Assembly: GCA_965242965.1 (NCBI GenBank)
Contig: OZ251518.1
Coordinates: forward strand, 4,768,001 to 4,832,000
Reading direction: 5' to 3'
Origin: Candidatus Poribacteria bacterium
Lineage (GTDB): Bacteria; Poribacteria; WGA-4E; WGA-3G
DNA length: 64,000 nt
Below the pieces are notes generated by a model that worked only from the letters and a program-made list of their open reading frames with translations, ran no database searches and was not told where the DNA came from. Both the position numbers and the translations under genes were made by a program. Shown in pieces: positions 58,500 to 64,000 of the stretch (the first letter of the stretch is position 1; each line of letters begins with the position of its first letter).

Positions 58500-60428
58500 C
58501 TACGGAGACCAGAGCACATACGTCGGAATACCGAACAACGTGCCGAGTAATGCCCACAACCCAACGAACACATAATCGCCCATGACTAAACCCAAAAAGA
58601 ACGGAATCGCGCGTTGGTGCATCCGCAAACCGAAGATGGTAATAATGATAAACTTCACTAGCCAGCCGAGGAAAACCGAGAACCAGAAATCGGCGAGCCC
58701 ACCCCATGTCGCCGCTGTCATCACATACCCGATCGGATGAAAGGGCCACCACATAAATTTATGTCGCAGGAAATAGAGGAACCCTGTCATCACTGCGCCG
58801 ATGCCCATGGACTGCGTGCCGCCCCAGTCCGGTCCGGTAGGATTGTTGATCCACCGTTCCAAGCGTCTGCCGAAGACTTCTTCGCCGATGCCGACGATAT
58901 AGCCATGCACCGCCAATGCCCCGGTCTCGTATAGCAGGTAAAGGAACGCCCAAAACGAGGCGAGCGTGCCGATGATAATAGCGAACATCATCACCCAGAC
59001 GAGTTTTCGGCTGTTTATTCCGGCGCGTTCGGCGAGTTTGAAACCTTCCAACTGATTCGGCATTGGATGCGAGACGTTCAACCGATTCAGCCAATAGTAG
59101 AAGGAGATTATTGTCAAGTTGCCGGTGCCGACAAAGCGTGGGCCAAACGTGACTGCCATTAATCGGGCCGGGTCCAACGCGAGGATCTCGTGCGAGGGGG
59201 GACCGAATTCGGCGCGCACGCGTGTCACGCCGAGTGCCATCAGCGTGAAGATGACGATAAAACCGAGAACGCCGCCTAATGACATGCCTGCCTGTATTGA
59301 AAACAGCGTTAGCCCGATGCATCCTAGCACGAGCCCGAAGACAGCCGTTCGGTAAGGCATCGGTTCGTCTGAATCGTCAAGCGTTTTCTTGGCAGAGAAA
59401 CAGTTGCGGATAACGTCCCCTAGATGTCGGCGTGTTCCCCATAATGCGAGAATGCCGACAGCGAGCCACGCGCCGCCGGCGCGTTCCGCAAAATAGAGTT
59501 CCCCTTCGCCGAGCATCCCGACGCGGATAACCCGTTCCGCCTTCCCGAATAGGTAGAAAAACCACGCCGACATCGAAATATCCAACGGCACGAAGAACGT
59601 CAAGCCAATGATAAACGGGTAGGCAGATAGCGATATCCACCCGATAGCGTTCCAAGGTTTGTCGGTGAAGAGATGTGTGATTGAGTAGTAGTTGAGTTGG
59701 ATGGATGGCACTTGTGGAAAGAGGTAACTCAGCCCGGAGAGCAGTTCAATAAACCCGGCGACTGCGAACCCTATCCACATCGTGCCGTTTTTGTAAAAAC
59801 TTTTGCGTCCCTCTGCCATCTGAAGTGGGAGTTGGATGATGGGATACGCGAGTTTTTCGCGTTCTGTCCACTGCACCCGGATAATCGTGTTGAGGCAGAT
59901 GAGCGTGAACCACAGCACGGCGACGAAGCCTGTCCAGACGAAAATCGGGATAGCCCACCCGCGCAAATGCTTGGGGAGATGGAACGTGGAATCGCCCTCG
60001 AAATAGGCATCTAACGCGCTGTTGTCCGGGACGAACCACGTTGGAATGTAACGCCAGAAGAGTGCCGCCCATTCATTTTCCGGCGTGGCAAATCGGAAGG
60101 GATGCGCCAGTGTGCCGACGAGGAACGTCATCATGGAATGGCCGCCGATGGTGGATACCATGACAACCATGATATAGATGACGAGCAGTTCCTGCGGTGT
60201 CAACGCGTTGCGAGGCGCGAGGCTCTTCCACAGCATGTTGACAGCGATAATAGCAAACAACGTGAAAATTGCATTGAAGAAGAGCGAGACGAAGTTGAGC
60301 AGGAACTGCGGTTGAATCATCTCCGCGGCATAAGCGAGCCAATAGGCGTTCCCGATGACGAGGAACGTCCCGACAAGCAGCGCGCGGAGAGTGATTCCAG
60401 AGGTGTGGGCGGCCTGGCGTTTTCGCAT
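58500..60428 (-). CDS. polytopic membrane protein (DUF6785/DUF6784-like, putative transporter)
   Basis: Many TM helices. QW...EKL.YPI.QLP, TR.RAE.G, WWPFHPIGY, PFFLGL..G. TAATG coupling. Confidence 0.8.
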   Translation of the reverse strand: MRKRQAAHTSGITLRALLVGTFLVIGNAYWLAYAAEMIQPQFLLNFVSLFFNAIFTLFAIIAVNMLWKSLAPRNALTPQELLVIYIMVVMVSTIGGHSMMTFLVGTLAHPFRFATPENEWAALFWRYIPTWFVPDNSALDAYFEGDSTFHLPKHLRGWAIPIFVWTGFVAVLWFTLICLNTIIRVQWTEREKLAYPIIQLPLQMAEGRKSFYKNGTMWIGFAVAGFIELLSGLSYLFPQVPSIQLNYYSITHLFTDKPWNAIGWISLSAYPFIIGLTFFVPLDISMSAWFFYLFGKAERVIRVGMLGEGELYFAERAGGAWLAVGILALWGTRRHLGDVIRNCFSAKKTLDDSDEPMPYRTAVFGLVLGCIGLTLFSIQAGMSLGGVLGFIVIFTLMALGVTRVRAEFGPPSHEILALDPARLMAVTFGPRFVGTGNLTIISFYYWLNRLNVSHPMPNQLEGFKLAERAGINSRKLVWVMMFAIIIGTLASFWAFLYLLYETGALAVHGYIVGIGEEVFGRRLERWINNPTGPDWGGTQSMGIGAVMTGFLYFLRHKFMWWPFHPIGYVMTAATWGGLADFWFSVFLGWLVKFIIITIFGLRMHQRAIPFFLGLVMGDYVFVGLWALLGTLFGIPTYVLWSP

Positions 60429-61189
60429 TATTGCTTGAGTGCACCCCATGTCAAAGCGAGTTTGCCGGGTGCCGTCACGGCGAGGATTTCATCGTCAAAA
60501 ATGAGATCTCCGTAGAAGAGCCCGTCCCAAGCCCCACCGGGCATCCAACCGATCTGGTGCTCGCGCTTCCCGTTCTCACAATCGTTCATGTGGAAACTGA
60601 GCCCAATCGTCAATCCATCTTTCGCCTTAAAATCCTTTCCCTTCGCCGGATTTGCGAACTGCGGGTTGCCGCGCGGTTTCGTCGGATCTATGGCGACTTC
60701 GTAGATGTAGTCGTTGCCGTTCTTGATAAGCACCCATTCCGTGTTTTCCTCGGATGCGGCGGCGGATAAATCCTCCCCGTTCGCGCCGAGTGTCCACTGA
60801 ACGAGGCTTTCTCGAACCATGCCGTTGTCAAAATCGAACATAAACTCCACGCTATCGTCCTCCCACCACTTGTTATCAGGCGGGAAGATGTCTTGGAGTT
60901 TATCATCGGTGATTTCGACGGCGAAGTAGATGCGGGTTGCGTCTTGCGCGCTCCATGCGACGCGCCCTTGCCCGGTGAAGTCACTCGCCTTCGGGAGGCC
61001 AGCACCGACATCTTTCAGTTCATCAAAAGCGACAATCTCCGCGCGCTTCCACTCATTGAGGTCTCCGTCTACCTTCAGATTGGTAATCTGCTTGGCGACA
61101 TACTGTTTATCGCGCTTGGCGGCATCGGATAGGTTAGCGATGCAAAATATCAGCGCGAATGCTGTTGCAATGATAATAAATTTTTTCAT
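60428..61189 (-). CDS. secreted CBM9-like sugar-binding protein with a C-terminal GKL..TWG motif
   Basis: Signal peptide MKKFIIIATAFALIF, VDGDLNEW, IYFAVEITDD, W.DDSVE, YIYEVAI. Ends AVTAPGKLALTWGALKQ. Confidence 0.85.
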   Translation of the reverse strand: MKKFIIIATAFALIFCIANLSDAAKRDKQYVAKQITNLKVDGDLNEWKRAEIVAFDELKDVGAGLPKASDFTGQGRVAWSAQDATRIYFAVEITDDKLQDIFPPDNKWWEDDSVEFMFDFDNGMVRESLVQWTLGANGEDLSAAASEENTEWVLIKNGNDYIYEVAIDPTKPRGNPQFANPAKGKDFKAKDGLTIGLSFHMNDCENGKREHQIGWMPGGAWDGLFYGDLIFDDEILAVTAPGKLALTWGALKQ

Positions 61190-62613
61190 CGTAAAATTCC
61201 TTCGCTTTTCAGCCGTTGAATCAATTGTTCTTGCGTGCCGCTGCCCTTCATCGAATTGCAAGCACCGCACAACAATTGAAGGTTATCAAAATGATCTGTG
61301 CCACCTTTAGATTTCGCGTGAACATGGTCTACTGTCATATTCCGAAACGGGAACAACACTTGGCAGCCGTTGCATTTCCCTTCTTGTAGTCCAAACAAGG
61401 TGTGCTTATGCGTCCGATACCGCATTGCCCCAACCTGAGTCCGTCCCGCCTCAGAAAAATCGGAACGTTTGGGGACATCCGTTCGGTGGACAACTTCGCC
61501 GAGGATACCTCCCTGTTCAAAAAGCCCTTCTTTTTGAAGACGCAGTTTTACCAATTCAATGGCTTTGGGGCTGATGTCAATGCCTATCCAGCCGCGTTGT
61601 AGCCGCTCAGCGGCGATGCATGTGGTAGCACAGCCACAGAACGGGTCAAGCACCATATCACCGGGGTGCGTGCTTGCGGCAATGAGGCGTTCAAGCAAAG
61701 CGAGCGGTTTCTGTGTCGGATATCCCACCCGCTCCTTACTTGTCCCCGTTAAATTGGGAATATCCACCCAGATGTTGTTCAACATCTTGCCTTTTTGCTC
61801 GTCGAGGTATCGCTTCTCGCGAGGCACATTCCCGGGCCGGGTTTGAACGACACGCCCGGCTTCAATCTCCGCTTGCATCCGTTCTTTTGTCCACCGCCAC
61901 GTTCTGACAACACCCATCACCTCATAGGTGCGATTAGACCGGAGGTCCTGGATAGGTGCTGTTATTTCGGAATAGCGAAAGAGCCTCCCCGTTTCAGGCT
62001 CAACCTGCCGGTACTGCTTTTTCGTTTTCTCGTCCAAATTCGCCAAATCGTAGGGGATGGTGACTGCTTCAGGATTCCATACAAAATCGGCACTCTTTGT
62101 ATAACGCAGGATGATGTCGCAATCCCGCGCAAGCCCCTTTTTTAGGTTTCCCTTTCGGGTTACCGTCCGTTGCCAGATAATCTCATCCCGAAAATTGTCC
62201 TTACCGAAAATGCTATCCATGATCACTTTGAGGTAGTGGACAGCGGCATCGTCGCAGTGGACATAAATGGTGCCGGTAGGTTTCAAGATGCGCCGCATCT
62301 CCAACATCCGAATGCCCATCATGATGAGATACGCCTTCATGGGTTTCCCATGCGTGAATTCGGCGGCACTGATAGCGTGGTAAAGTGCTGGTTCTCTCTC
62401 GGCGAGTTCGCCGTGCCAGGCGTTATCTAAATCGCTCAAGGACCAGGAATCTTTGAACGCCGCGCCTGCTGCATCGCTTCCTATCGGAGCCTCGTAAGTC
62501 CGATTGGAATTGAAGGGTGGATCTTGATAAATCGCGTCAATAGATTCTGTATCCATTCCGCGGAGAATGAGCAGGTTATCGTTTTCAAAGACGGTTCGAT
62601 TTTTGACGTTCAT
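61186..62613 (-). CDS. DNA adenine methyltransferase fused to a C-terminal HNH nuclease
   Basis: DNL, DPPFNS, GYPTQKP, VLDPFCGC.TT, then CNGC..TVDH...KGG.D...NLQLLCGACNSMK. Confidence 0.9.
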   Translation of the reverse strand: MNVKNRTVFENDNLLILRGMDTESIDAIYQDPPFNSNRTYEAPIGSDAAGAAFKDSWSLSDLDNAWHGELAEREPALYHAISAAEFTHGKPMKAYLIMMGIRMLEMRRILKPTGTIYVHCDDAAVHYLKVIMDSIFGKDNFRDEIIWQRTVTRKGNLKKGLARDCDIILRYTKSADFVWNPEAVTIPYDLANLDEKTKKQYRQVEPETGRLFRYSEITAPIQDLRSNRTYEVMGVVRTWRWTKERMQAEIEAGRVVQTRPGNVPREKRYLDEQKGKMLNNIWVDIPNLTGTSKERVGYPTQKPLALLERLIAASTHPGDMVLDPFCGCATTCIAAERLQRGWIGIDISPKAIELVKLRLQKEGLFEQGGILGEVVHRTDVPKRSDFSEAGRTQVGAMRYRTHKHTLFGLQEGKCNGCQVLFPFRNMTVDHVHAKSKGGTDHFDNLQLLCGACNSMKGSGTQEQLIQRLKSEGILR

Positions 62614-62632
62614 TTTTTTTTCTGATGTCCGG

Positions 62633-62660
62633 GTAGGCGCGCTTCCAAAGCGCGCCTATC
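62633..62660. repeat. REP-like hairpin
   Basis: GTAGGCGCGCTT-CCA-AAGCGCGCCTAT. A related copy lies at 13843-13870. Confidence 0.6.
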
Positions 62661-62693
62661 GGATTCGTGCTGCGTCCGTCCCGCTCAACGTGT

Positions 62694-63020
62694 TCAACGA
62701 GAACGACCAAACTTTGCCTTAAGTTCGGTTAAGCCGCTGCTGGTTAATTGATAAACCGCTAGCGGATTGTTATCGACTAGCCAGCCCTTGGCTTTCCAGC
62801 GACTAATCATGGTGCCCACCGTCTTTCCCCAAGCCAAACTGCCGCCGGCATCGAGGCGTTTGATTTCTCCGGGGGGTAAGTTGAGAAGGCAGTCAATCTT
62901 ATCTAGAACGTCTTGTCTGCGATGGCAGCGGCCATCCGACAACAGGTCGTAGAGAATTGGCTCAACCGATGCTTTGCGGTTGATATCTCCGTTATGGTGG
63001 TACTTGATTTCAAAAGTCAT
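62694..63020 (-). CDS. Mrr N-terminal-like winged-helix protein
   Basis: PIL..LLSDG.., W...VG......K.KGWL, YQLT..G. AGGAGG upstream. Confidence 0.7.
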   Translation of the reverse strand: MTFEIKYHHNGDINRKASVEPILYDLLSDGRCHRRQDVLDKIDCLLNLPPGEIKRLDAGGSLAWGKTVGTMISRWKAKGWLVDNNPLAVYQLTSSGLTELKAKFGRSR

Positions 63021-63140
63021 GTTCGGTTTGTAAACCTCCTATGAAAATGGCCGTCGGTATCCGAACCAGACAGCTCATTCAATCTAGAATCATCGGTTAA
63101 TCCTGCAATAGTTATTGCAGGATATGCTACCTAATTAATC

Positions 63141-63680
63141 GAGGGTGTTTCATAATTCGTTCAACGTCGCGGTGACAGGCCCCGCGCGACGGTGAAAAAA
63201 CGCTGCCCCTTCATCGTAGGGCGAGGGCCTGTCCCTCGCCATCGTCCGCGCTACGGAAAAAACGTCTCTTGTTCTCTTCAGGTCCGTAGGACCTTAATGT
63301 CTATAGCACGCTCCCCCGCGAGGAATCCTAAGGTCCTTTAGGTCATTAATAGCTTTTGACATGCCCGCGCGTGTTTCTATTAAGGACCTAAAGGACCTTG
63401 AAAACAGAACGACACGGGCTGCTATAGACATGTAGGTCCTAAAGGACCTAAAACGCCCCTCTTGACGATAGAGATCGCGGGGGACAGGCCCCCGCGCTAC
63501 GGGCGGAGGAACGCATCCCTTTTTCACCGTAGGGCGAGGGCCCTCGGATGCCCCACGCGCATCCGAGCGGGTTTCCCTCGCCAGCATCCGCGCACTCCAA
63601 CGCTCGCGGGGGACAGGCCCCCGTGCTACGGGAACATCGAGACCAGGAGGTCTCTCCTACCGGGAATTTGAAACAGTGCC
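63141..63680. mobile_element. REP-mosaic MITE (perfect left TIR, degenerate right end)
   Basis: GAGGGTGTTTCATA at 63141, TTTGAAACAGTGCC at 63667-63680. Interior modules are shared with the other copies. Confidence 0.75.
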
Positions 63681-64000
63681 TAATCAAAAAAACGCGCAAC
63701 TTGACACGAAAACCCCTCAACGACATCCTCACCGGTGAGGGTGTCATCGCACTGGAGGAGGCGAAAGGCTTTATCGGGACAATACACCGCCACGGTTTTC
63801 AGCACCGGATCGATTACCCAAACCATCCGAGTGCCAGCGTCCAGATAAGCCTGAACCTTATCCGAAACGTCCCACTGCGAGTCTGTCGGAGAAACCACCT
63901 CAACTGCCAGGTCTGGGGGGACAGGCGAACCCTTCGTCTCGTCTTCGGGCAGGCGCGCTGTGGAAACGAACGCAACATCCGGCTTCAATAAACGTTCACC
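63680..64000 (-). CDS. Uma2 family endonuclease (5' part outside the window)
   Basis: KPDVAFV, PPDLAVEVVSP, KV..YL.AG.RMVWVIDP. Confidence 0.9.
   Translation of the reverse strand, partial: GERLLKPDVAFVSTARLPEDETKGSPVPPDLAVEVVSPTDSQWDVSDKVQAYLDAGTRMVWVIDPVLKTVAVYCPDKAFRLLQCDDTLTGEDVVEGFSCQVARFFD

Noticed and set aside
1-64000. Autonomous transposase/RAYT, prophage, tRNA or rRNA genes
   Set aside because: No DDE or HUH transposase, phage structural ORF or tRNA cloverleaf was recognised. The Rpn gene is treated as a nuclease despite the legacy 'putative transposase' label.

Overview
This is a moderately GC-rich bacterial window. The gene content (TPR paralogs, PhyH dioxygenases, a sulfatase, Uma2 nucleases, a DUF6785-like membrane protein and a secreted protein ending in AV..GKL..TWG.LK) suggests a Ca. 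Poribacteria-like sponge symbiont, which is an inference. Housekeeping and metabolic genes (thiD, murJ, hisF, PhoR-like kinase, tenA, enolase-superfamily dehydratases, tsaE) are interspersed with many defence-type modules. These include FRG-TPR proteins, a BsaWI-like R-M system, AAA+DUF4276, ImmA/IrrE+DUF4411, a type III-like Mod/Res pair interrupted by Uma2, a MITE and HicAB, an MTase-HNH fusion, and an Rpn nuclease. Most notable observations: (1) an Rpn-family nuclease gene with an internal Shine-Dalgarno/ATG, followed by an exact 292-bp-period array of three free-standing, mosaic copies of its 77-aa C-terminal module, a candidate antitoxin or specificity cassette array; (2) a ~158-nt structured leader repeated in front of the FRG-TPR/TPR genes; (3) MITEs with 14-bp TIRs and 8-bp TSDs carrying variable mosaics of GTAG-REP hairpins, with REPs also in frame inside three proteins and next to ~28-bp duplications of gene ends; (4) a G9 frameshift in the Mod gene (possible phase variation); (5) an SDH/ClpP-fold protease followed by two paralogous small proteins. 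No rRNA, tRNA, CRISPR-Cas, transposase or reverse transcriptase was recognised. All family calls come from motif recognition by eye, not database searches.
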